Positions 25,115 to 37,424 of a DNA stretch of 64,000 nt are shown in pieces. The notes beneath the pieces are model-generated. The model did not search any database. It was not told the origin of the DNA and was given only the letters and a program-made list of their open reading frames with translations. Within the stretch, counting starts at the first letter, position 1, and each line of letters opens with the position of its first letter. This DNA is from Vitrella brassicaformis CCMP3155 (taxonomy: Eukaryota > Protista > Chromerida): contig CDMY01000278.1 of NCBI GenBank assembly GCA_001179505.1, forward strand, positions 62,001-126,000, given 5' to 3'. The position numbers were made by a program, and so were the translations under genes.

Positions 25115-26598
25115 TCACGTGATTGGCTGATCGGCCCACTGCCGCACCTCATCGCGCGACCCGGCGAACACCACCTTGGTCTTGCACTGCTCACACAGGT
25201 ACTCCGGCTCGTCCAGCAGCTCCACCAGTGGTATCTTCTTCTCCTTCTTGCGGCCCTCGTTCTTTCTCTTGATGCCCTCATTCTCCTCACGCCGCCGCGC
25301 ATTCTCCGCCCGCACCTGGTGGAGGTCCCGCCGCCACTTGCTGCAGCGGTCGTCATAGCACTGGCGACACAGCCGCAGGTGTCTGCAGGGCATGTACATG
25401 ACCGATGGGGGCGCGTCGAGGCAGATGGCACACTCACGCCCATCTCCCTCTGGCTCGGCTCCCTCTGGCTCGGCCGCTGCCGGTGGCTGCTGTTGCGGTA
25501 GAAGGGCCGCTTGGGCACACGACTGACTGGCTAGCTCGCTGGCTGACCAGTGCACCGCTGAAGTCCTCCTGTTTCGTGGTGATATACACGGGCTCGCCGG
25601 TGTTCTCTATCTTGTGCTCAGCTGCAACGACATGGCATGCAAACCACAGCGAATGATAACAGGACGGAAGGCAGCCATGCGCACGTGTGGGCGTAAGGTG
25701 CTTCCCTTCCTGTCTGTCCTCACGTTTGGAGATCTCGCGCCACAGGTCCACATAGAAGTCCACGAACGAGCGATCATCTTTGCAGTACTTGTCGTGCGCA
25801 TCGAGAAGCAGACGCAGCCTCCAATCAATCTTCTGAAGAAGGGATTACAGACAGACAGACAGACAGACGGAGAGGGGAACAATGCACACGTGTTGTTTGG
25901 CAGGCAGGCCTCCCTCTAGCCTGCCTGCCTGCCTACCTACCTGCGTGACGTTGTGTGTGCTAGGCCGTACACGTACCTGATCGATAGGCCGCTCTAGGGC
26001 GATTCTCCAGAGTGCCTCAATCCGGCCAGCTGTGTCCTTCTTCCTGCACGCGTCCATGGTAAAGCCGTGCTGATAGCCGCTGTTCAGCAGAGCATGTTCG
26101 ACGAATGACTCGAAGAGCATGAGGGTGTTGAGGGACCCCAATTCCATCGACAAGTACAGCCGCAGCTCATCCATCTCCTTATCCTGCAGCAAGAGCTCGA
26201 GAAGAGAGTCGCCTGTGGTTAATGAACTGAAGTGAGTAGGTGAGCGGGCAAACCTTGTCGAGAACCAGGCCCTGCATAGCCGAAGACAGCACCTTCTCCA
26301 GGCTCTCCTCATCTTGCTGCAGCTTAGTGATCCTCCTCCGCGGTGTTTGCTGGTTGCATACAAGAAAGATGAACCTCCCAAGACGACGAATCGGCCGCCA
26401 GATCGGGCGGGTCACGTTCCTGATAAATGGCGGGACGTTGAGCTCTGTGATGACATGATGGCGGGTGAGGGGCTGACGGCTGCTTGCGCGTGAGCCTGGG
26501 CTGCGGTTGCGCAAGAGCTGCGGAGAGGTGAAGGCGGCGCCGATGGTCAGCAGAGAGAGGATAGCAAGGAAAGACGCCAAGCTGATAGGCAATGCCAT
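25115..26598 (-). CDS. Multi-exon protein with signal peptide plus transit-like leader and a C-terminal C3HC4-type RING with an insertion
   Basis: MALPISLASFLAILSLLTIGAA-FTSPQLLRNRSPGSRASSR... leader; internal exons bounded by GT/AG; last exon CAICLDAPPSVMYMPCRHLRLCRQC...YLCEQC. Joining the RING exon to the upstream exons is my in-frame splice inference. Confidence 0.65.
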
Positions 26599-26870
26599 CG
26601 GGTGCTCTCGCTCAAGGCAACGGTGGAGCAGGCATTCATGAATGAACAGGGAAAAGGGGCGGGTCGTCTCTTAGCGTGCAGGTTGGGAGTTGCTGCGAGT
26701 GAGAGGGCAAAGATTGCTGGCCCTGTGACTCTTTCGTCGTATTTGTCTGTCAGAAAGCTAAGGTGAGTCACTGTGATTCAAATTGCTCATTGTCGAGTGA
26801 CACAGGTGTGTGTGTCTTCAGGTGCCAGACTGACTGCCTCTGGACTGCCTGCATCTGCCATCGGACGGCC

Positions 26871-27266
26871 ATGAGTGAGATCGATAGTGTTAGGAGGAGT
26901 GTGATGTTCGCTGGCTGCGGCCTGGTGAGCCGCTCACTCGCCTTTTCACAATGAATGCACATGTGTGTGCGTGAACGATGGCCTCACGCTTACCTGCAGG
27001 TCTTCCTCAGCATCGCGGTGTCGTTGACGATTATTAACAACATGAAATTGAGACATCGCGTCGACCAAATGAGTGACGACGACAAGCAGCTGGCTGCCGT
27101 CGTCAGCAGCATATGGGAGCACATGAAGTCAGCAGGCAACGGCACCTCGAACGGCACTGACGCGTCCACGACGGCGAGCGACATCGATGCGGCCATCGCT
27201 GAGCTGACGGCTGGGCCTGCCAGTGGCACGGCCAAGAGCAACACGCGACTGCTGAGGGCCAACTAG
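26871..27266 (+). CDS. Small two-exon protein with one N-terminal TM segment
   Basis: MSEIDSVRRSVMFAGCGL|VFLSIAVSLTIINNMKLRHRVDQ...RLLRAN*; phase-0 GT-AG intron joins in frame. Confidence 0.55.
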
Positions 27267-28371
27267 AGCGGCGTGAGCGCCTTTTCTCCTCTGGTATGGT
27301 CGTCCCATCTGCGTGCAGTGCATTGATCTGGTGTGGGTGCTCTACTCGTCGTGCTGGTGTCTTGTCTTGGGTCGGGTCACGGAGTGGTCCATCGGTTTGT
27401 CATCTCGATGGGTCACACCGTCACCGTTGGTTGCTCGGATGAGAGAGATGCCACACGAGTGGGGGAATGGAACAACACTTCCGCGATATCTTCTTTCTCG
27501 TATGCAGCTGAGCAGGTGATTCGATTCCTGCAGCCGTCTGTCCTCGGGTTAGTCAGTGTGGTTTATCTATCATATCCATCCATCCGTGTGTAGCATGCAT
27601 ACCTATAGGCAAGCGTGTGCGCATGTCTGTCTGTGTCTGTGTGTACACACTGTGGATCCATGTGTATGACATATGTGCGCGGGCGGTTGTCGTCTGCCTG
27701 TGGATTGCATATATGCCGTGTGACAAAGTAATAAGTGACTTTCCTCTGTTGTGTCATTTGTTTATATATGTCGTGTGCGCGAATGTGTTTGTTCGGGGGC
27801 AGGAGAGGCAGACACTCATGCATGCCGAGAGCGATGCGTAAGGCCAGCTGGCTGCAAAGCTTTTGACACGCAGTCACGTCATGAGGTATACATGCAATCA
27901 CGTCATTCATTCGACTAGGGCTGTCTCTTTCCTCATTTGTGCAACACATACACACACGGAATCATGTCACTCGCTCTCCACTTATCCATTCATCAGTCCA
28001 TTCATTCATTCAAAGTCGATCGCGCCATTTTGGTCTTGAGGGCCTGCTAACAAGCTTGATGGCACGATAGATAAAGTAGTCAGTGGGTTAATTGCCTTGT
28101 CAGTGTCTCTGTCTGCGTGCAGAGACAGAGAGAGAAATTAAGAGAGAGCTGGAGAGCTGCATCCTTTTATTCATGGGCGCCTTCGTTTCTCTCTCTGTTA
28201 TGTATGTATGTATCCCTCTCTCTCCAGATTTAACAGTAGGGACTTGTTACTTTCCCAGGACGTTGGATGCATCAATACAGGAAACCGTTTGTCGGTCGTG
28301 CGGCGTCGAAATGCCAGTCAGTCCAACACACAATATAGTCACACTCACACCGCACCCAAATCGGTTGTCAG

Positions 28372-31300
28372 TCACCCCGCCGCGGCGACCACACCAGCAG
28401 CACATGGCACATTCACAGGATCGACACGTGACTCAGGTCTGCACACAGAGCTGCCATCCAACCGCTGGCCAGTGGTCTCCGCAATGCGCCGACGCAGATA
28501 CGCCACATGCCCACTCATCCCATCGGCCTACACACACATACACAACACAGAGAGATCCATATAACACGCACCATGTGGGCGGCTGTTGTGCATTGTAAGC
28601 GGCTGTCTGTCGTGTCTGTGTGTGCCTACCTGTGGGATCTGTCTCCACTCCCAATGAGGGATGTGCAGCAGGGTGTAGCCATGCGGCCCCTCGGTCAGCA
28701 GTCGGTGCTTCAGGCGTGATGTGGCCGTGAAGCGGCGCGCCCGGCGGTAGAAATGGCTGGACCCCTCGGCCTCAATCACCAACTGGATGGACACACACAG
28801 GCAGTTAGGACCACTTGTGTGTTTGTGTGTGCGTGTGGTGGCCTCATGAGACTCACTGGTGGGTCGAAGGATGTCAGGACGACGTCCAGCGAATAGGCGC
28901 CTTGAAGGAAGGGCACCTGGCAGGCAGAGAGAGGGAGAGGCGGTGTGTGTGTGGTGCGATGTGATGTGATTGACGCACTTCGATTTGGAGGTCCTGCTCC
29001 GGCACGCCGAGGTGGGAGAGAGCAGACACAACCTCACGGTGGAAACCTGACACAGACAGATGGGTGGACCATTCTGTCTGCAGCGCCCACCAGCCTTCTC
29101 ACCCACCCACCCGATTCGGCATGTGTCGACGGCCTGAAGAGGTCCTGCACGTGCCCCCCTTGGCCACACACGAAGTGCCCCTCCAATGCGCGCAGCACAT
29201 CCACACACCTCTCAGACACGCCCAAGACGCGGTGGTCCCACTCGCCGCCCCAATCGCCCGTCTGCTGTCTGCCGTGCAGCCGCAGTGCCGCCAGAGAGGC
29301 GATAAGCTGCGAGACGGCCTCGGGAGTCACGCATGGGCCTTGCTCGGTGTCGGCAGCTGACTCGTGGTCGTGAGAACTGGCCGGGGGGGCGCCCAGCACT
29401 CGATCATCGCATGCCGAGATGACCTTATCCAACACACGACCATCGATGCGGGAGAAACCTAGCACAGACAAACTGGTGCACACGAGAGAGGACACCAAGG
29501 TCGCTTCACCCGTCCATCCATCCATTTGTTGTGTGTGTGTGTGAGTGTGGGTGTACCCGAACAGTGTGTTGACGATTCCCATTGGCGAGAGGCTGTCCAG
29601 CACCTCTGTGTCGTCCAGCTGCCTTGTCAGTGTGCTCAGCAGGCCATGGGGCATCACATCCAGCTTGGCCATCGACAGCAGCAGAGACGACACCGCCAGA
29701 GGGCTACTTCGGAACGTCTCTGCACGCACCACACACGTGGACAAACATTGATGGGATGGGCGGACGGCAGATGAATCCACCAACTCAACTAACTCGGTTC
29801 GTGCATACCTACCCTCTTTGCGGAGGCCAAACGATGCAGCCAGTGCAACCCGGGTCGTGCTGTCGCTTCCCTCCTCCGTGTGCTGTGGAGACCGGCTTTG
29901 CTCGCCGATCTGAGCAATACGGTCGGCGGCCTTGTCAAGGAACGGCTCGTCGCGCAGGCGGAACCTGCATTAACACACACAAGCAGATGACACACAACAC
30001 ACACATTCATACCAGACATGGCATGGCCCCACCCTGACTGACGTACGTACCTGGCCATGGCGTGTGTGATTTGCGCCAGCTCCGTCAGATTGAGTTTCTC
30101 TACCAGCTGCCCCCTCCCCGTCAGCACCGGCAGCATCCCCTCCAGCACCGCCGGCCCATGTGGCGACCCCACACGCGCAAACGCATTGCCGATCTGCGCC
30201 AGGTGAGCCGCCTCGAACCGAAGTCTCGGCGCCACCATCTCCAGCTGGTCGTCGGCCGCAATGCCGCCCAGCCTCGCGCGCACCTCCCTCGCCACGGCGT
30301 CGAACAGCGAGCTCACATTGGCCGCCGAGAGGCCCATCTTTGGGACGGCATTGCATAAGGCCGCCAGGTCGCTCGGGGCGCATGACGACAAGGCTCGGGG
30401 GACCTCTCGCGCCACCATTTGGAAGAGGGCTGTGTGGGTGTGGGTGTGAGAGGGGCGGGGCAGACGCGTGTAGGTGAGGGAGAGAATGGACAGGTCGGCG
30501 GGCTCGCACTCCGACAGACGACGAGAGACCTCAGTCGCGATCAGCTGAAAGAGACCCGGCGGGCAAAAGCCGAAGTGCTCCATCCCGTGCGCAATCATGC
30601 GGAGGGATCGCACTGGTGACGAATGGGCGTGTTTGTGCACATGGCCAGCAATCGCCTCGAGAGCTCCACGAAGGGGGAGGGGAGAGGGCATCGCCGCGTC
30701 CAGATCGCCGTTGCGGGCTGCATGAGACCCCGTTGTTGCTGCTGCTTCTGGTGGTGGCGCGAGTGTGTCTTGATCAAGAGTCATGGGCAGGTGGGCGCTG
30801 AACCGCATGAGGGCGTGGAGTGTGAGGGCCATGTCCTGCGTGTTGGCCTTGAAGCGACCACACGAGTCCGCGCCGCCCATCAGGTCGACCACACAGTGGA
30901 TGAAGCCCGGGTGGACCACATCCATCTTGGCCAGAGCGTTGCACAGCAGGGCCACGTTGCGCGCGTTCAGGGGGTCGCCCGTCTTCTTCTCCTGGACGAA
31001 CGAGGGCATCTTTTGAGCGGATGGGTCAGCGGCAGAAGCGGCAGCAGATGACAGCAGGCGGACAGCGTGACCGGCCACTGACTGCGCCAGCTCGGGTGCG
31101 GCGATGTCCATGTTGGCGTATGCGGACAGCAGGCCGCCCAGGTCGTTGGGAAAGAAGTCCTCCAAGTGCAGGGCGGCGTGCTTGGCCAGCACGCGGAACA
31201 GGGGCTCGTCATAGATGTCCAGACTGGCGTACGCCGTGACGATGGAGTACACGTTGTGCGGGGTCATCTTGGGCAGCAGCCGCGCCCGCTCCGCCCTGAT

Positions 31301-31693
31301 GGTCTCTGATATGGCCTTGAAGAGCTCCAGATCTCTGATGGCCGCCTTAGCGAACCCCTTGCAGATCATAGCCATGTCCTTGCACGTGAGCACCAGGCGC
31401 ACCTCCACTGCCCGCCGGCTGTAGGCCTCCCACAGCTGCGTATTCCTGTAGCCCTCGTTGGCCGTCGCATACACAGCGGCGCTCAGCACGTGGTGCTCGA
31501 AATGGCCGACCTCGTGCACATTGCGGCGGTACTCGGACAGAGGGGACAGCTTGGCAGCCGCTTGCTTGCTCGGCCGATAGGTGCCGAAGGGCCGGCGGAG
31601 CCGATGGATCTGGGCGAATGGCGGAGGCTGCGCAACTGATGGGAGGGACGCACCCATACGAGTCGATCTCCGCCAGTGGTGGTGAGATGCCAT
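28372..31693 (-). CDS. RAP-domain protein with helical (HPR/OPR-like) repeats; organellar RNA-binding family
   Basis: Repeats such as MTPHNVYSIVTAYASLDIYDEPLF, FFPNDLGGLLSAYANMD, LNLTELAQITHAMAR; C-terminal RAP signature LVIEAEGSSHFY...TATSRLKHRLL...GYTLLHIPHWEW. Confidence 0.85.
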
Positions 31694-31874
31694 CAGCAAC
31701 AGGCATCTGCTAGCTCGCAGGGAGGCTTAGGGTGCTCCTTGAAACCGCTGCTGCGGCTCGGGGAGCGGAGCAGGAGCAGCTGAATTGAGGGCTCAAGAAG
31801 GTCGAGCAGACGAGGGCAAGGTCGTCGCGCACAGAGATCTGGTTGCAGACAGCTTGTTGAAGCTTTGCACTTGG
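31694..31874. promoter_or_regulatory. Putative bidirectional promoter (RAP / HADH), about 180 bp
   Basis: Short, microsatellite-free spacer between two divergent start codons; contains AGCTCGC at 31712. Confidence 0.55.
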
Positions 31875-33903
31875 ATGGAGAGTCGTCAGCGGAAGGTTGC
31901 GGTTGTTGGCAGCGGACTCATGGGATCAGGTCGGCCGGCCTCACAGCCCATCACAAAGGCAGAGCACACCAGGCAAAACGAATGCGATGTTGCTGCTGTG
32001 TGTTTGGTGGTGGCAGGCATTGCTGCATGCCTGGCCGCTGGCGGCGGGCACGAGGTGTATCTCACTGACACGAAGGACGACGCACTGCAGAAAGGGCTAC
32101 AGAAGGCTAAGGTAAGAATGGCGCAGCGCAGTCCAGACAGCGGACAGACTCTCTGCATTGCGTGTTCTACTGACTGGCTGGCAGGAGCTGGCCGCATTCA
32201 TCAATGACAATGGTCAGTCAGCATCGCAGCAACATTCATTGACTCATGTACACATATCATGACATCTGTCTGCCCTGTGTTCCTCCCTGGCTCCGTCCCT
32301 CTGTCAGGCATCCCCCCCGCCCCTCCCTCCGGGTGTGGGGCCATCCACGCAGCTCCTTCTCTCGCAGAGGCCGTGGATGGTGCATCCTTCGTGTTCGAGG
32401 CGGTCTTTGAGGACCTCAGCATCAAGCAGGGGGTGTTTCGGCAGATCGAGAGGGCACTGGTGGGCAAGGAGGCAGGGGAGGAGGCCCTCCTGTGCACCAA
32501 CACGTCGTCGCTATCGATCACGGAGATTGCGGCAGGTGGGCTGTGGGTGGGTGGTTCGATGGACGGCGCATGTGTCCATCGATCGATTGTCCATCAGTAT
32601 TGGATCGTCCTGGTCGGTTCGTGGCTGCGCACTTCATCGGCCCGCCGCACCTGGTGCCGCTTGTCGAGGTGGGCAGGTGTGTCGGCACAGGTGCACACAC
32701 AGCCCGGGCTGACGATGTGAGGTGTGTTCTGTTCAGGTGTGCGGCGGCGCCAAGACGGACAGCAGTGCTGTCGAGAGGGTCAGAGAGTTCCTCCAAGGTA
32801 CGTAACTAACGTGGACCAATGGGCTGGCTGCCGTACACGTGATGCATCACACTACGTCCGCTGCTATGGCTGGGCGTGGCGTACAATGTTCTTTGTAAGG
32901 TATGTGTGCAGCGTCAGGCAAGAGGCCCGTCGTGCTGCAGAAGGAGATCCAGGGTACCTTACGTGGACGGCGCGCTTCTGGCCATTTGCATGGTGTCTTT
33001 CCGTCTTGCCTTGCCTATGTGTGTGAGTCAGGTTTCATCGCCGCTCGGCTGCAGGCGGCCCTCACCCGGGAGTGCACCTACCTCCTACAGCAGGGTAGGG
33101 TAGTAAAGTAAACACCTCCCTCATCCCACCCACACGCAGACAGACGCGGGGACGTGCCTGTTTTGTTTGTGTGGTGCCTGCCAGGTGTGGCCTCAGCCGA
33201 GTGTCTGGACGCAGCCGTCTACAATGGCTTTGGCAGGAGGCTCAACACAATCGGTGTGGTGTGGTGTGGTGTAGTGTGCACTGCACTGATAGCTATTGTC
33301 ATTTATGTATTGCATTTGCGCACTGATATACACACACGAAGATGGACGCGGCTCGGATGCAAATCTCACTCGTCACTTGCACTGCACTGCTTGGCTGGCA
33401 GGGCCCCTCCAGCAGGCCGATTTCGCGGGCGTCGACCTGCTCGTGTGAGCGGACACACACTGGCACTCCAGGCAGACAGACACCGAGATTGTCTTGGTGC
33501 GTCAATCGCCAGGAAGACCCACAGCGTCATGTGGCCGCAGCTGGGCGCGATGACGAGCGACAAGATGGCTGAAGACCTTGCAAACAAGGTGAGACGAGAC
33601 GCCACGCGACACGATAGCTAGAAATCCATTTGTCCGTTAGTCTCATCCACACATTTGTCCATCGTTCGTGCCGTGGAGGGTCGGTGTGGCGTCAAGACCG
33701 GTGCGGGCTATTACGACTGGAACGAAAACACCATACAAGAGGTGAGTGAGTGGGTGGGTGGGTGGGTGTGTAACACCGCCCTGCCCACCACAACACGCCC
33801 CGCACATGCCATGCGTGTGTGTCAGGTGACATCTCGGCGAGACAAGGAGCTGCTTCGAAGGCTCAAGCAAGACTTCAGCCCGCCCGTGACTGACCAGACG
33901 TAA
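31875..33903 (+). CDS. 3-hydroxyacyl-CoA dehydrogenase family (3-hydroxybutyryl-CoA DH / lambda-crystallin-like)
   Basis: Rossmann KVAVVGSGLMGSG, FVFEAVFEDLSIK, TNTSSLSITEIA, AHFIGPPHLVPLVE, FIAARLQAAL, GVKTGAGYYDW. Confidence 0.92.
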
Positions 33904-34853
33904 TGGATGGATGGACGCGGGTACACGCGTGTGTGTCACCGAACGAATCAGAGGTTGGGCAGCCGCCATGATTGAATGACTGAACGAATGAATGCACTGA
34001 CTGCCTGGTGACAGACATGACACCGATGTGTGTCACTCCACACAGTCCACACCCACATGCACCCCACCCTGCCCTTTCACCCTAAAACTTGCGATGGATG
34101 CGATACAATCAATGTCCTACACATCCAAAAATGTCTGTCTGCGTGCGCGTCCAGTCCACGCATTCCATCATGTGTCTGACTAATCAAACGCGGTATTACA
34201 AAATGACCCAGCCAGGCCACCTCAACAGAGACCATACAATCCCACGTAACACACAATCCCTTCGCACAGACAGAAGCCCTGTACCCCTGCTGACGGAGAC
34301 GATTGCCAAGTCCCTCAGTCTGTGTCTCTTCGCGCCTCGTCATTGACGCGCCTTCCTTGCTGCGACTCATACATACCTGTTCTCTCTTCGCCCACTCCGG
34401 CCAAAAACGCCACGCCCTCAAACAGACAGACAGACAGACTCTGTGCACTACACCTACACCTTCGTGTGTCACCCACACACGCACTTATACTTGGAGGCAC
34501 GAAGTCATCGTGTAGTGTCTGTCTACACAGAACAGTCGACAGCCAACCGCATGGCTCACTCATAGTGAGACCGCCGCTAGCCAAGCCGCCACACATAAGT
34601 TATAAGTGCAAAAACGGGCTTATAATTAACAATGTATATATACGTGAACCCATGAATGTGTGTGCGCGTGGAGACGCATGCACTGCACCATCATTATATC
34701 AGCTCAGCTGCAACAAAAAACGAGGAATAGACTCAGCCACATAATAGCCAGCCAGAAACACCGAACGAACAGCACACAGCGTGGTCGGGTCGCACAATAA
34801 TACACTCATGCCAGCCCACATCACATGCCCATCCTCGCTCTCACTCATCTCAT

Positions 34854-37292
34854 CTATCCATCGCTCAGACCACCGCCCTCGGGCTCTTCTTGCGGCTGCT
34901 GCTGCTGCTGCTGCTCCATGCTGCTGTTGTTCTTGCTGCCATGCTGATCGTAGTTGCACCCATGTTCTTCCTTCTGCGCGTCGGTAAGGATGCTGGCCGT
35001 GTTGGGCACCAGAAACAGAAAAAAGAGCGGCAGCAATGTGGAGGCGGCCTTGACTATGATCAGTGACGGCAGCAGAGGCCGGTAGTTGTCGGCAGTGATG
35101 CCCCAGGCGGCCTGCACGGCCGCACCTAAATGGCGGGAACACGAATTGGCCAGATTGTTCCACGACATCAGACCTATACACACACACACACACAGAGTTG
35201 TGTGTGCATGTGTGGGAGGGGGGGGGGGTGTCTGTCTCACAGACGTACAGGCGAACATGAGCGCCTCGACGCCGGGCGGGCAGAGCTGCGCGCACATGAC
35301 ATGGAACGGCGTGCTGTAGATGCGGTCGATAAACGTCGTAAAGCCGTCAGAGCCATACAAGAAGAGCCAATCCGGGATGCCCCACTTGACATTCAGCCGA
35401 GAAGCCTACAACACAACACACCACACCCACCCATGGATGACACACATGCACATACAACACACGCAAGTATGGCCAATGGTGCACTCCCTCACCTACCTGA
35501 ATGTAGTCGGGCAGTATGAGCAGCGTCATGACGATGGTCGTGACGCCCCACAGCTTCCGGAAGGTCACCCGTGTAAAGAACCGCGCGTACACGACTGTCC
35601 CCGCCATGAAGAAGAGGTAGTTGACCGCGCCGGCGTACTGAATCTCGCCCTCAGAGAAACTGACGGCACCATCCATCAACAGGCGTGCATTGCTGCAGAC
35701 ATGAACGTGTTCATATCCCGACGGCGTACCCGATGGACCGACGCATCCACGAGTTGGGTGTGACCAGGGAGAAGGAGCAGAGGTGCTGCATGAAATACCT
35801 GCCGGACACAGTCACCACACAGGCTCCGTGGCTGTGTGTGTATGTGTGGCTCAGCTCAGTTCTGTGTGGGGTACCATACCAGAGCATCGGTCGGTAGCAG
35901 ATGGGCTTGGCCACCGTCCGAAGCACCTGAGATATGTTGGAACAAATCTCCCTGACCACCTGCACCCACCCACACAAGCGCCGCCCATCACGCCATGGCA
36001 CACGTGTGGCCTTGTGCAGGTGCATACACTTCGGTCGAGTCTCTTTTGTGTGGGGCGCTCTCTGTAGGCCAGCATGAGAATGAGAGCCAGCGATTGCGCG
36101 ACGGCCAGAGCAGCCATGTAGGCGCGATGCAGACCAGCGTCGAACAACGTCCCTACACACACACACACACACACACATATCCACACACACATGGCGCCAT
36201 GATGTCATGTCGGCAGGTGTGCCCACCCACCCACATGTGTACCAGAGATGAAGGCCGACATCATGGCGCCGAGTGCGATGCAAAACATGGCGATCGACTG
36301 CATCTCGCTCGACCCGCTGCCCTTGGCACGCGCCTCTCGCACCACCAACGCATCCGCCAACACATCCATGAAGTTCTCACCTATACACACACACATCCAT
36401 CCATCCATCCATCCATCCATCCCTGTCTGCCTTTCTGCTGTCTGCCGTGTGCCGACAAACATACCAACATTCATCGTGACGAGCACATAGAACATGGTCG
36501 TCCATGTGGGCGTGACATCCGACAGGGCCACAGAGGCCAGACAGAGCACCACCAGCAGGGCACTCGCCATGTAATACGGCTTGATGTGGCGGCCACACAC
36601 AGGGACGGAGTCGGCCAGCAGACCTGCCGTGCGACCGACACGACAACACACAACAAACAACACAACACAACACCTGCACCACGCGCAGCGCTGCCATTCA
36701 TCTCTTTACCGTAAAATGCTTTGAAGACTGCAGGGACGAGCAAGGTGCCGATGGCGGCTTCGACAACTGCCGGGTTGGCCCCCTGACGCATCGCCGTCCA
36801 GAACATCACCTTCTCGGTCGATGTCAGCCGGAAACCTACACCCATCCACACCACACATCCACACCAACATACATAAATACAGACAGACAGACAGACAGAC
36901 AGACGTGCGGACAAACGCCTGCCTGCCTGCCTGCCTGCCTGTGTGTGTGTGTGTGGCGCCAGGTGGCTTGACTGACTGACCTTGCAGTCCATAGGTCCAG
37001 ACGATGAGCAAGAGAAAGACCGAAGAGTAGCTGGTTTTGGAGCCGAACACCACCCTCACCAGCCAGTTCAGAGGACCCCCCGCACAGCACTGACCCTCCT
37101 CTCCACGTGCGGACGTCGACGTCGACTGGGTCGCCTCATCGGATGCGATCTCATCTCGTGTTGCGATCTCTATGGCCCTCTCCTCTCCTCCCTGTGCACA
37201 TCACATAATGGATGGACGAATCAAATCAATGCAGCTGGCCGTGATGAGCGGAAGGGACTGTTGACTCGCTCACCTGTGGCTCGTCCTCCCAT
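34854..37292 (-). CDS. BT1-family folate/biopterin transporter (MFS), multi-exon
   Basis: WTYGLQG, LLADSVPVCGRHIKPYY, MDVLADALVV, AQLCPPGVEALMFA, LMSWNNLA, TLLPLFFLFLVP; many TM segments. Confidence 0.9.
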
Positions 37293-37424
37293 GGCTGTTG
37301 GTGCCTGATCCGAGTCGGCGTTGGATGGCGGTGAGGGATCTGCATGCGACGCGGGTTCAGCGCTCAGAGATCGGGACGTTGAGAGCGCTGCCTTTCTAAG
37401 CTCGCAAGTGCGATCAGGCCCGCA
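37293..37424. promoter_or_regulatory. Putative bidirectional promoter (BT1 / methyltransferase), 132 bp
   Basis: Divergent ATGs 132 bp apart; AGCTCGC at 37399. Confidence 0.55.

Noticed and set aside
34633-34640. TGTATATA Pumilio element downstream of the HADH gene
   Set aside because: A 7-specified-base motif is expected a few times per strand in 64 kb. I saw none in the PUF gene's own 3' region, so autoregulation is unsupported.
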